Below, one piece after another: positions 13,227-26,059 of a stretch of 64,000 nt of DNA. The stretch spans positions 1-64,000 of the forward strand of contig JAAILG010000655.1 of NCBI GenBank assembly GCA_012026655.1, given 5' to 3'. Origin of the DNA: Hydrolagus affinis. Its lineage: Eukaryota. The notes beneath the pieces were generated by a model. That model made no database searches and was not told where the DNA came from. It worked only from the letters and a program-made list of their open reading frames with translations. The position numbers were made by a program, and so were the translations under genes. How positions within the stretch are numbered: the stretch's first letter is position 1; every line of letters begins with the position of its first letter.

Positions 13227-14562
13227 TTCACAACAGTATCAAAGTAACATGGGTAATGCATTGATGACACTATTTTCATTAATAGAGCTGGTACAGTGAG
13301 AGATGTGAAGGAATGAATGTTCGTTGAACTATATCAGAATAAATGTTGTATAAGTGCCAAGCTTCACTTCTGCATGAATACAGAGAACAACAACAATAAA
13401 AGTACATTTGTTCAGTGCCTTTTACATCAGGACGACATTCCAAGATACTGGAAAACTACATAGCTCAATTATACTTAACATTAACAGAGCTGAAGTATCC
13501 ACTAAGGTTCAAAGCACCTGATGCATCAGTTGCCTGATAATTTGAGGTCAGACTTTAACCAATCTGATAGCAAATAGCTTGATTTGATTGCCACTGTAGC
13601 CTGTTAGAATTCCAGGAAAACAATGAATAATTGTATTCCTTATCTTCGAATCATGTCTGATTCAGATACTGTAGGTCCAACACCTTGGGACATACTATTG
13701 ACGTGAAAGGCACTATACAAGTGTAATTTTGTTGTTGTAGATGAATTAAGATAATAAAAAATGGGAGTGTTTGCAAAAGAAGATGAATGTGTGTCAGAAA
13801 ACAAGACTGGAAGAAACTGGGAACTGACACCCTTATACAAAATACTTAGATTTGTTTAGTGCCTAGAGTTAACATCAGTGTGTTGGGATATGGAGGTACT
13901 GTATTAATAATTAATTATAGTTAGTTACAATCAGGCACCAATTAAAACAATCTATCCACAATACAGGCATGGTCAGCAACCTTGAGCAAAAGGGAGAGAA
14001 ACAACTTCTCTCCACAAAACACCAGGTGCACATTCCCCTGCTGAGACGACCTTGAGTACTGGTCCATGCCAATAATCCAAGGAGCGCAATAACATCAGTA
14101 GCTTCTAGAATAAATAAAGAATTGAAGGAGAGTGGCTCAAGATATAGATAGGGACAGAGGACTCAATTAACAAAGGCGCAAAGGAATGTACTCATTTGGG
14201 AAATTGCCAAGTGAGTAGCTGGAGAGCCATCTCAAGGACTGGGAACAGAAGGGAGGCGAACAACTTCCTACAACTCTGGCCCTTAGAGTCTGGTTTTGAC
14301 ATCGCTTCTGGACAATGTCCAAGTGATCAACTGGCTGAGTTAGTTATGGTGGAGAAGTATAAAGATAGGAGAGAAAGAGTGGCTCATTACAACAGTTGGG
14401 GAGTGTCTCAGGGTAATCCGAGATCTCCAGCCTGCTACTGTTGTCCAGAACTACTGGAACGGGTCATGGTTCCAGTTGTTCTGTTTTACGGCAGAGAAAG
14501 GTCAGTTAGAGAAAGAAAGTTAGAAGGAGCGAGTATTGTGGGAAGCCTGAACCAGACTTATG

Positions 14563-14604
14563 GTCTAGCAGCCTGAATCCAGCATTGGATTCAGGCTGCT
14601 AGAC
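14563..14604. repeat. Perfect 19-bp inverted repeat with a 4-nt loop
   Basis: gtctagcagcctgaatcca-gcat-tggattcaggctgctagac. Confidence 0.95.
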
Positions 14605-15489
14605 TTCTACATAGAACTGGTAGTATGATTCTTTTATTCTATCATTCTAAAATTGCTTATAATCATGAAATTACTATACCTTTATTAAGGATTGTTGGGT
14701 CACTATTTTGAACTCTCAGGATCGGAAATCCCAACAGGTGCCAAGCACAATCACTGTCAGTGCTCAGCTAAGGGTATGAATCCCACAAAGACACAAGGGA
14801 AGAGACAAACGGGCGAAGATCATATGCCCTGGAACTGTCAGAATCTTCTTGTCCCTTCTAATTGAATGCAGGTACTGTGGTCTTTCATGTGTTACATTGC
14901 AGGATCTCACAAGGCTTTCACTTGCCTATGTAATTGATTCAGGGAAAATACATGAAAACATTTTCTTGATAGACAAGGTTAATATAGCTATAGATAAATT
15001 AAAGAAGTATGAATGAATATGGTCTAGATTTGATTCAGAAGACTATTTTCATTTTAGATTTATGATGAATACAAATCACTTTATGAATATCTGATTGGTA
15101 AATCTGACCAGTTCTTTCTTACTGTTAGGTAGAAATTTATTGGGAGAGAAAAGCACAATGCATGTGTATAACGAGACAGAATGTGAACTATATGCTTTCA
15201 TATGTGGCCACTCAGGTACCTTGATCAATTTAAGTTGCAATAGAAAAGTAAACTGTCAAGATTAATACAGCTTTGGTGGAAAATGTTCGTATGCCTGCAG
15301 CAGATTGAAGAACCTTAACCATTTAATTTAAATATTAGGGTATATTTGCAGTAAATATGTGTACTGTATTTGAAAGGTTTTTGGAACAAGCTAGTTCCCA
15401 ACAGAAATTATAGTTTGTAGTTTAATGCATTGTACTGCAGTTTGTTAAATTTTATGTGCCTGTTCATCTGCCACTTGTGCTGGTTTACA

Positions 15490-15555
15490 CAACAAAACAA
15501 CAACATTACATTTATATAGCGCCTTTCATGTCGCAAGGACTCCCAAGGCGCTGAA
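15490..15555 (-). mobile_element. Isolated L2 3' tail
   Basis: (CAA)n followed by atttatatagcgcctttcatgtcgcaaggactcccaaggcgctg. Confidence 0.75.
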
Positions 15556-15572
15556 AGTAAGTATGGAACAGA

Positions 15573-15874
15573 TAATGATAATACTAATAATAATCCTTGC
15601 ATTTGATCTAGACGTCTCAAAGCACTTCACAGAATATACTTCAAAGTATTGACTATATATATATGGGAAACTATGGCAGCCAATGTCTCACCCACAGCAA
15701 TGTTTCACAAACAGTTATGGATTGAAATAACCAATTTGTTATTGTTTATTTTGGGGGATTATTATTAGGCATGTGGAGTCAGGAAACTTGCCAAAGGTTT
15801 CACCCTCCCGGAACTGAACCTAGGTCTCTCACTTGCAAGGTAAGTGCTCTAACCACTGAGCTACAGGACTCCAC
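15573..15874 (-). mobile_element. Near full-length tRNA-derived SINE
   Basis: Same architecture as 11243-11543. Confidence 0.9.
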
Positions 15875-15960
15875 AATCCATAACTCAAATGTAGACACAT
15901 GGATGATGACAAAAGCCAACAAATAAATGTTGCACTTTCCTTCTAAAGGTGGGTGGAATG

Positions 15961-16392
15961 CAGTGATGTGCGGTGGATAAAATGACAGCAACAGACTCTG
16001 CCTTTTTCCCAGTCATTTTTTCCGCAAATACGCATGCACATGCGGAAATGGTATTTCCATGTGATCTGATTGCAATTGATAGAAAGAGGAAAGGCAGCGG
16101 TATCTTGTGCCTATTTCACCCATTACTGAAACACTGAGAAAGGAACGCGCATGCGCATCGGAACTACATTCAACTCAATGGGTAAAAAGGGCACAGTGTC
16201 TCGCTGCCTTTCTGTTGTTTTTAAGGTAGGCATATCAAATTGTGGTTAAATAATTTAGGTAATTTCTTCTAAAAATCATTTGCATTATGTAAAATGTGCA
16301 TTGCAAAAATATAAACCATTAAATAATTATCTACAATTTAAAGTTTTTATTTTCATAAGGTAGGCACTGCCTACCCTGACTGCACGTCCATG
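15961..16392. mobile_element. Non-autonomous hAT-superfamily DNA transposon
   Basis: Perfect 8-bp TSD GTGGAATG (15953-15960 and 16393-16400). CA...TG termini with imperfect TIRs (cagtgatgtgcggt vs catggacgtgcagt, 10/14). Internal inverted repeats. Confidence 0.85.
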
Positions 16393-17119
16393 GTGGAATG
16401 GCTTTCTTCTGTGCTGTAACTTTCTTTAGTTGAAATGATTGCGAGGAGACCTGATAGTAGTGTTTGCGATTGTAAAACAATTTGTCTGCCCTATCATTCT
16501 ATACAGTTCTATTTTCTTTCTGCATTATTGAGATCGATTGATACCTCCAAAACATATTTCACCCTAGAAATCAGGAGAATTATAACATATCTCTTTGGAA
16601 AGAAGATCCATTATTCTATCTGATAAATAACATGGAAAGGTGCCCTATAGTCTTGTTGTATTCCATTGTTTGTGCAGCATTTAGATAGATTGCACATTTG
16701 GCCTATATGTGCGGTGTGTTAATTATAACCACTGATGATTAACATGTCGTCGTTGTAATGTGATCCATACAGTCAATAAGAAGATTACTTCAGACTTGTG
16801 TTGCATTACACCAATAACCTCTAACTAGAGTCCACTGGATGGTGATGTATTTGCTGCCATAAACCATAGTACAAAAGCAACATTTTTTAATGGCTTTTTG
16901 GAAATGACCCTTTGTAATCAAGCATCCAGCAGAAAGTAACACCATCAATATTTTGTGTTGTGCAATTTCATTTTGGGAGGAAGCATTAATTTTCTAAAGG
17001 CAACTGACTCATGAACTATATTTTATTTACTTTAGGTAGAAACTTCTGACTGTAACATCAATACAAAGGAGAGATCTGAGTATTAAAGAGATTACAGGTA
17101 GTCGATTACGGTAGCAGAC

Positions 17120-17340
17120 TGCTTTTCTGGGGGCAATAATACCTTCAAAAATAAATAAAATAATTTTAAAAGTGTGGTCACTCAATCCACAGCTGTTTGT
17201 AGGGCACTGCTGTGTGCAATTGGCTGCCACATTTTGGCCACAAAATATAGTCAATTCACTTTACAGTATATTCTGTGAAGTGCTTTGAGATGTCTCAAAG
17301 ACGTGATAAGGCACTATATCAAATCCAAAGATTATTATTA
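17120..17340 (+). mobile_element. SINE, 3' two-thirds
   Basis: gtgcaattggctgccac block and atcaaatccaaagattattatt tail. Confidence 0.85.
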
Positions 17341-17999
17341 GAGTGCCATGTGGGAGTTTTACAGTCAAGCATATATCAAGGAACAGTTATTTTTTTTAGA
17401 AATAGAACTATAAACTTATATTTTGCATTAGCTCTGAGATCTTCAAGGTGAGATGGAACAACTTTCTTTCAGGATATCAATTGGGATTAAATTACCATGG
17501 GTCAAATAGCCTCTATCATTCTTTCTTAGTATTATTGAGAAACACAACATTTTTCTTCTTTTGGCATAAAATGTTAACATCACATACTTCCAACCAAGAT
17601 ATAGCACAGGTGAAATCCAGAATACATTCTTCTGAATTATAACAACAATGTACAGTACCGTTAATTTCAACCTAAAGTGCAACTATAATTTTTAATTTTT
17701 CTACATACAGGCTAGCTTTATGGTGTGTCTGAAAGAGATCATAAATTTAAGCCAAATTTACAACAATGTCTGACATTACTGTGGATTTCTGTCATCTTGG
17801 AAGAAAGACGACACCCCAACCAAACACCTTTCAACAGGAAGAGAAGAGAGAAGACGTGCATTCAATTAATTTGACTCAAACAGATTTGTAATATTGTTTT
17901 CCTCACCAGTACAGTACTCAATAACTTTTGTATCTTTGTCAAATGCTTAATTTTAGCATCCCTTTTGGGAATAGATTGATGAATCATTTGATATTAATG

Positions 18000-18620
18000 A
18001 ACAACAACAATAAAATTACATTTAGAGTGCCTTTTACGTAGGGAGGATGTCCCTAGGTGCTGAATAGCTGGGGGTCAGGACCTGAGCATGGTGGGGGTGG
18101 TGGGGGCATGGGTGTAGGCTTGGGTGAAGGAAGGCAGAGAGGTAGGAGGGCAGCTGAAGACGCAGTTGAAAAGGAGAGTCTTGAGTTGATCTTTGTAGGA
18201 GGCAAGGGAGGGAGCAAGGCGAATGGATTATGGGCTGGAGTTCTAATGGGTAGGGGGCAGAGAGGCTGAAAGCCCGGCTGCCAGTGGTAGGGTGGGTTGG
18301 GCGGGGTCATGGAGCAGGCCAGATTCTGCTGAACGGCGGGAGTGAACAGGTTGATAGGGGTGTTAGCAGGTCCAAGGGGGTAGGAGGGGCCAAGGTCGTG
18401 GAGGCCCTTGAAAGTAAGGAGGACGATTTTGAATTCTATCCTCTGAAGGATGGGGAGCCAGTGGCGCTGGGCGAGAGTGAGGGTGATGGGGTTACGGAGC
18501 CTGGTGCATGAGAGGACACAAGCTGCATAGCTTTCGATGATCTGCATTTTGTGGAGGGAAGAGTTGGGGAGGCCGACAAGAGAGTTTCAGTTATTCGAGC
18601 ATTGAGGCAACAAATGCATG
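18000..18620 (-). mobile_element. L2 LINE, 3' part (continues at 19194-19477)
   Basis: (CAA)n tail. Encodes LAQRHWLPILQRIEFKIVLLTFKGLH. Confidence 0.9.
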
Positions 18621-18633
18621 TAATAATAATACA

Positions 18634-18851
18634 CAGTAAAAGCCTGTTTATCCGTGACCCGATCAACTGGAACTTCCGTAAAACCGGCACCTCAAAAAAA
18701 AGTCCGCATTCGATTAACCAGAATTTATCCGGTGCAATGTTTTTTTGTAATTAAATTTTTTTGGGGGGAGTGTTTTTGGCTGAATATCGGGCATGCGCCT
18801 TAACTGGCATTGGCCAGGTCCCGAGGGTGCCGGATAAACGGGCTTTTACTG
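18634..18851. mobile_element. Tc1/mariner (pogo/Tigger-like) MITE
   Basis: TIRs cagtaaaagcctgtttatccg and cggataaacgggcttttactg (20/21). TA on the right flank, CA on the left. Confidence 0.85.
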
Positions 18852-19190
18852 TAATACTAATAAAAATAAGAATATTAATTCTTGCATTTGTATAGCACCT
18901 TTCATATCGGGAGAACACCCCAAGGTGCTTCACAGAATATATTGTGAAGTAAATTGACTGTATATTTGTAGGCTAAACGCGACAGCCAATTGCGCATAGC
19001 AGTGTCCTACAAACAATCGTAGAATGACTGACCAAATTATTATTGTTTTTTTGAAGGATTATTAATAGGTGTGTGGAGTAAGGAAGCTTGCGCAAGGTTT
19101 TGCTCTGCCTAAGGTTTTGCTCTGCCTAGTATCGAACCTCAGTCTATCGCTTGCAAGGTGAGTGCTCTAACCACCGAGCGACAGAACCCC
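18852..19190 (-). mobile_element. tRNA-derived SINE, with its tail split by the MITE
   Basis: Full SINE architecture. The rest of the (TAA)n tail lies at 18621-18633. Internal 17-bp tandem duplication at 19094-19127. Confidence 0.9.
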
Positions 19191-19193
19191 TAT

Positions 19194-19477
19194 ATGGGGA
19201 TTTTGGCAGCCTGAGAGGTGAGGCAGTGGCAAAGTCAGGCAATGTTGTGGAAGGCTGAGATGTTCATGGCATGGATATCTGGGAGAAAGGACAGTTAAGG
19301 CTCAAAAAAGATGCCCACGTTTCTGACTGGCTTAGTGGGGTAGAATGTGCATCCATGGATGCTGATGCTGCCAATGCCTGGGATGCGCAGGCGCTGGCGA
19401 GAGCCTATTAGGAGGGCCTCAGTCTTGCTGATGTTCAGCTGTAGAAAGTTGTCTCTCAATCAAGACTTGATGTCTGG
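19194..19477 (-). mobile_element. L2 LINE, upstream continuation of 18000-18620
   Basis: Collinear with 63315-63610 and encodes NFLQLNISKTEALLIG. Confidence 0.85.
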
Positions 19478-21114
19478 ATGAAAATATGTTTTGATTGCAA
19501 CACCTTTTTAAATTTTATTTCACACGACAAGACAATTATTACATTACATGGATTGTTTGGAAAGCCTCAAGCATGCTGATTTCCTTGGACACAATTAGTA
19601 GAATCACACAGAAAATGTGTACATGATGGAAGTGTGACATTAACAGAGGTGGAGAAGGAAAAGGATTTGAATTTAATATGGCTTACTCCAGCTAATGTGA
19701 AGCTGTTGCACATAGAGTTAAAGAATTGCAAAGGTACATCTCTGGACTGTCGCTAACTCCAGTTATTATTGATCATCTAACCCCGCACACACCAGCTAGC
19801 AGTAACTAATACCTGCTTTTGACTGCATTTTTAGTCCATGTGATACATATCACCAATGATAATATCACTGGAATTAATGCCATGTATCAATTTTCTCCCT
19901 AATATGATGGGATTAATTGGAACCTGTTAAATGAGTATCAGAAGCTAGAGTACACTGGAAAGAATGGATTATCCATAGTGGCTTTTAGAATCTAAAACAT
20001 AGAGTTGCATAGCTTTTCTTTAATATTCTGCATACTGCATGTAAAAATGTAAAGCACATTGTATTATAATATTGTTCAATATAGTATTCATTGGGTTACA
20101 GTTTTTTTGGTATCCACAATACTGAATCACCACTGAATTACTGTCAGAAAAGTAGATTGATGGGCATATAAAAGACTCAAATTAGTCTTCATATTTCAAA
20201 GGCCAGCTCAGAGGACTAGAATAAATTTTATGAGTTTAAAAGGACTGATGTAAGAAAAGGGGGAATGGACTGGAAGCTTTTGCCAACATTTTTTCAACCA
20301 TGTAAAACAACAAACGGAATTTGCAAAGCAATCGGCAGTTACAAATGGAATTAATGCTTTAATGCCAAGGAACTAATAAATAATAACAATTAATGTTAAA
20401 GCTATATTCAGGTAGGCAAAATGTGTTAGATTATGGAGCACGTTACGAAGCAAAGATGATAATGTAATAGGGAAATTCAACTTTGAGAGGTATGCAATTT
20501 TGTTGCATACCATTGAGTAATTTTAGAATTGCATAAACACTCAAGAAATCCTTTGGAATGAGTAAGGTGCAAATGTGTCGCCCAGTTTATCTCCATTCTT
20601 GAAATGGTGAAGAATTCATTTTTGTTCTTCTGCAGATTTAAAAGTGTAAGGCAAATCTCAGGTTGTGGTAAGTACATTTTGTCTAACTGAATTATGCCAC
20701 CGACAGAAGCCGAGATACATCATCCATGACGTATTTGATTAACCAAATAATAATAAGGAGCACTTTATAAAAATTATAAATGTAACCCTTTTTAACACTG
20801 AACTTATTATTTAGTAAAAAAAAACTCCCGCATAGCTGGGCATGCAATGGGAAGCTTGCTATTACGCTCAGTGGAAAGCTATACAATATTAGTAGTTAGT
20901 AAGTAACTAAATGTATGGAACATTTACACTCTATTTGCTATTATTTACAAATTGGAAAGTACAGGTTACGATATTTCTGGGAAATAACATTAAGCTCACA
21001 CTCCTCATTTTGAAGGAAAGACATTGATTAGCAATGTTATAAACTTCTGCCCAATACGGAATAATTTGTTTTATAGTCAATGGGGTGTCTGACACTTGTG
21101 CAAACCCATCATTA

Positions 21115-21383
21115 TGCTTTTCAGATGGACGCTGTAGATCCCATGGGACTATTTGACTATTTGAAAGGGGTAGTCTTGGACAATGTCTTGGCCAACAAAT
21201 CTCCCAAATAAAAAAATCCTTCACTCATTCCATGGGTGTTTGTGGACACTGCTGCACACAACTAGCTGCCACATTTCGTCCACAAAACAGTCAATCCACT
21301 TCATAGTATACGAAGCGCAGAGAGATGTTGCCATGCCACAATGTGACAATGTTATATCAAATGCAAGGATTATTATTATTATT
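21115..21383 (+). mobile_element. Old Deu-domain SINE, 3' half
   Basis: gatggacgctgtagatcccatgggactattt...gtcttggccaac is Deu-domain-like and ends in aaatgcaaggattattattatt. Confidence 0.7.
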
Positions 21384-22582
21384 TAAAGTATTCAAACCAG
21401 ACTGAGAATTCCACATAAGCAATGCTGCCTATGCACAAAACTAAACAATACTGAACAGCTCCAGAAAGAAAGAGAAGAATATCACAATTCTTTTCATTTT
21501 GTTTTCATTTTGATCAAGGATGAGCCATGCAATGCTTCAAGGGGAGAGGATTCTGACAATATTGAGAGACTCAACTGGTGTGGAAAATGTTCAATGAATG
21601 TTACATTGTCAGCCTGCTAAGGAATATAAAGGACCAAAAATAGCCTACTTGGGCATTGAGGAGATTCTGCAGAGATGAATACTTTATATATTTGGGTCAA
21701 AAACACACCTGTTTGCAACAGAGTGCTCCAAGCCTGCAATATCTCCTGTGATATACCCAGAGTTACAACATGTTTTTCAGTGTTAAGATGTATGAATAAC
21801 TCAATGTAGAGACGTGGTTACTGAAGCTATCATTAGATGCAATAGACCTTAGAAAAGTGCAGTGAATTCAGAATGTATGTTCTTTCTGTCAGCAGGATGA
21901 GAGCACTTGATTCACAATGTTTCTTGTAGTGTTACTTGATAGAACCTACAATGGAAGATAGTGCAACTTCACCTCCAGCTGAGTGGTGGGAAGGGTCAGC
22001 AGGGCATGTGACATTCTCCTTGTCAGAATACTCAATGGATTATTCTCCTCTAATCTGTAAATTTACAGAACTATGGGTGTGCGTTCAAAGGATTGAAAAG
22101 TGTGACATTTCATAAATGGATTTGATGTGTTAACCCTTATGACATGTCGTATTTTTTTCACTCATAATGAGATAAGCACTATCTGCCAAAGCGCAATAAA
22201 TTTACTGACAAAAATAACTTTATAGATCCGTTTCTGCAATAAAGAGACATTCACAACAGCCTCCTTCCCAAAGGCCACATTTAATAGCATTTAATTGTGT
22301 TTAAGTTTGTTATGTGTTTATTGTTCACTTTGTAATGTGATACCTTATATCTAATCACTTTTGAGATAAATTTCCTAGCTAAAATATCAAATACTAAGCA
22401 AAGGAAGCAGCAAAGAATTTGACTTTTGAACACAACTGATGTTAAGATAATGAAACGTTTAAAGCCAGAAATTAGAATTTCTTGATGGGGCTGACAATAT
22501 TTTTTTCTAGCTACCTGAAAAGTAAGCTTTCGGTGAAGAGATCATCTCAGGCATGAATAGATAGGCAAGTGAAATAGATGAC

Positions 22583-22808
22583 AAACAGTCATTGATTGAG
22601 TGACCAAATTGTTATATATTTTTAAAGGGATTATTTCCCCCAGAAAAGCGATCAGACAATCAACTAACAACAAGGTTCCTACCGCTAGGTAAAAAGAGGT
22701 GTGTGGAATAAGGAAACTTTGCTATAGTTTCACCTCACCCGGGAAATAAACACGAGACCTCTAGCATACAAGGCAAGTGCTCTAACCAATTCGCTACAGG
22801 ACTCCACT
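22583..22808 (-). mobile_element. SINE 5' part (variant with a longer middle segment)
   Basis: tRNA-like head at 22735-22808. The extra segment cccccagaaaagc is shared with 17120-17135. Confidence 0.75.
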
Positions 22809-23298
22809 ATATTTCTTATTCAAAAACTGATTGCCCTGCTATGTATTTCCAGCATGCTTCTGCTTTATTTCAGAATTATTTCACAGTGTTTCCTTTAGGA
22901 CCAATTAGTCTTCTTCCTTCTCCTTTTACTGAATAGGAAGCACAACTGAAATTTACCAAAGGACAGTTATGTAACTACCCTCTTTTGCAATGTGTTTATC
23001 TGATCTCCAACAGAAAATGTCTGCTACAACTATCAACCACTCTACTTCACTGTTCAAGTGGATATAAATTGCTAATTAGGAAAGAAACAGTGGAACGTTT
23101 CTGCTGCTCTCAATTTGCCCGCCAGGTTAAAAAAAACATTCTATGGTATATTGTAGACATTCTATAGTGTACAATCAATAATAAAGACACATGTTTTCTG
23201 CACATAGAAATTCTCATTGGTCAGACAATTGACATTTTAGTACTATGGTAGAATGCATTGTCACAAACTTATGAAACTTGTCACTATATTTTCATAAT

Positions 23299-23660
23299 AA
23301 CAACAACAACGTGCAAATAGCAGTGTTCACATGCAGGATTGTCTCAGGGTATTTAACAGTAACAGAGCTCGTTGCTCAGCCAGGGAGAAGGGGGAAATGA
23401 CCATTAGCATGGTTGAAGAGGAAGCTGTTCAGGTGTGACCTGAAGATAGACAAGGAGCAGGAAAAGTGGAGAGTTTGAAGCAGAAAGTTCAATAGTCTCC
23501 TGCCTGGAATTGAACCCAAGTCACTTGCTTCTGAGGTGAGTGCTCTAACCAATGAGCTACAGGACTGCACGAGCAAAGGGGGTGGGTAGAGGAGTGGGAT
23601 GTAAGCTGATCAGCGATGTAGGGAGGAATCGGGGCATAAAGTGATTTGTTTGCAAGTGAG
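23299..23660 (-). mobile_element. Decayed L2 3' end containing an isolated SINE tRNA head (23500-23570)
   Basis: (CAA)n tail, L2-like body, and embedded cctggaattgaacccaag...gagctacaggactgcac. Confidence 0.7.
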
Positions 23661-24999
23661 AAAATATGTGAAAGAGGATTTAATGTATAATTTAAAGTGT
23701 TCATTTATTGAAATGTTTATATATTACGATGATGCACATACTCATATCATTGAAAAATAAATGTCAATGTAATGGCAATATATTTTGTTTGTTGGTAAGT
23801 CCATATTGGACAATATCAGTGCAACATACCAGGTGCCACAATGCCAAATAATAAATTAGCCCTGGATGGGCAGGGTAAATATATATCTGCCAGCATACGG
23901 TATTTAGTCAAGGATTGGTGTGACACAAATGCACTTCAGAAAATAGAATGATGGCTAGACATTCGTAAAATGTATAAAATAAGCAAATAAAACAACACTG
24001 TATTGCTACATCTAAATATGGCAAGTTGAATTTGAATCCACTTATAACTATTTTAATACTGTACTGTATTTTGCTTTACATCAAAAAAGCAAAAAATCAC
24101 TTCAATTAAATTCTTAGAATATTGAGTTTCTGACTCTTTTGACATGTTATGACAATGTTTTAAAGATAGCTTAACCCTTTCTGATAGCAATTTGGCAACT
24201 ACTTTCTTTGAAAATTGTAAGGATATATTGCTTCTAATGTCACACTCCGCTAAAACCTTGACTTGCTGAACCCACTAAATCTCTAATATCCCTACATCCA
24301 CCTAGAGTTTGCTTTCTGAATACATACATTTATCAAACCCAGCTCATAGTGTCTGTCAGCCTTATGTATTCAGCAACCACAGGGCCATGACATGCAGTAA
24401 GCATGCCTCTGGGAATAAGATAAGAAACCAAAAGTGGATTACAGTGGTTGGTTTAGAGGTGAAATGTTCCAGATCTTGAAAAGGGATAAACATTTCCTTG
24501 GTCATCTAGTCATTTTGAAAAAAAAGGTGTTTTGCTTTTCTGAACAATAGCATACAAATGGACAATTGTACTTCAGCCAGTAAGACTGCTTTTTACTAAT
24601 GTAATTTTCTCTGATATGGATTTAATATAATGTTTACTGCTTTTCAGTTAAAAGCAATTGTCAAAGGAAGGAGTAGGGGAGGAAAGGTCCCATTACCTTT
24701 TCTAAATCTAGCATTTTCCCATTTCATAAAATCTTACTCTACGCAACTAGGAATTAGTCTCAAGCCAGAGTACACTGCGAACAACATGCCAAAGTCAATC
24801 ATGTTTAATTTCACAATTCAACAAAAAAAATGAATTTGCAACATTACATGAAGATTTTTTTTTACTGAATTGTTTTACTGGTCTCGGTATAATACAGACG
24901 AAATGTGGATTTGCAATGTTACACCATTCATATGAATGCATGAATTAAAAATCTTACACAGTTCTCAATATAGGTCATATTACTGCATTCCCATGGAAT

Positions 25000-25249
25000 T
25001 ATGGAATTCTATCCCCCAATCCCTCCGTCTCGTTTCTTCCCTTTCCTCTTTCAAGGCCGGTTTGAAAACTTTCCTCTTTGACCGTGCCTTTTGTTCCACC
25101 CCGAATTTTTCGACCTCCCCTTCGTGTTTCACCCCCGCCCAAACACTCCCCTCCCAGCTCAGGTCACACGCCTCCTGTGCAGCGCCTTGGGACGTCCTCC
25201 CGACGTGAAAGGCGCTCTATAAATGTAATTTGTTGTTGTTGTTGTTGTT
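25000..25249 (+). mobile_element. Young L2 3' end
   Basis: Encodes LWNSIPQSLRLVSSLSSFKAGLKTFLF, has an intact 3' stem-loop and (TTG)n tail, and retains CpGs. Confidence 0.9.
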
Positions 25250-25429
25250 ATTCCTCATTGGCAATCAAGCGGCATTCCCTGTATAGTATTCCTGGTTCAC
25301 CTGAGATAAATGGTGCCAGTGGTATCATTGAGCACTGCAGTTTGCTGACTTATGGTCACTTTTATTGGAATGTATTCCTGTTTGATCTTGTTGTTAAAAC
25401 AATGCTATATAATAATACTTCAAGAAAAA

Positions 25430-25613
25430 AAACAATAATAAATTGGTCATTTTAATCCACGACTTTGTGGAACATTGCTGTGCGCAATTGGCTGCCCTGT
25501 TTCATCCAGAAATATACAATCGGTTCACTTTACATTACATTCTATGACGCACTTTGAGACACCTAGAAGATGCAAATAGTGCTATATCAAATGCAAGGAT
25601 TATTATTATTATA
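25430..25613 (+). mobile_element. SINE 3' part
   Basis: Matches 495-686. Confidence 0.85.
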
Positions 25614-26059
25614 TTGATGCATCTTCTGGGGCAGGTCTTCTTAGGGCAAAATAAATGATTTTTCCAAACAATACCTAGAGTCTAACAATCGTAACTAAAT
25701 TCTTCACGTTGCTTCATATTCCTTTGCTTAGGAAACATTTGCGAATACAATTTTTTTTGCAATACACTATGTAAGTGAACTGATTTGATAATTGCAATCT
25801 TCAACAACAACACAGCAAAATAACATTTATAGAGCGCTTTTCACATCAGGAGGACCTTCCACATAAATATAATAATGAATGACCCTGAAGAGAGCATCAC
25901 AGAGCAAAAAGATTCTAAAACTTAGAGCTCTATCATAGTGGGTGAAGAACACTCTGCAGAACTTTCCTGTACAGTGAAGTCCAGCTGGTGTGGAAGAGAT
26001 CTGAAGGTTACTGCACAAACTACCTTTACTGCTCGTGACTAATGTTGGGTCTTTGCAAA

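Noticed and set aside
14196-14576. 126-aa ORF followed by a hairpin resembling an intrinsic terminator
   Set aside because: Non-ATG start, no recognisable domain, no U-tract after the hairpin, and bacterial terminators are irrelevant in vertebrate DNA.
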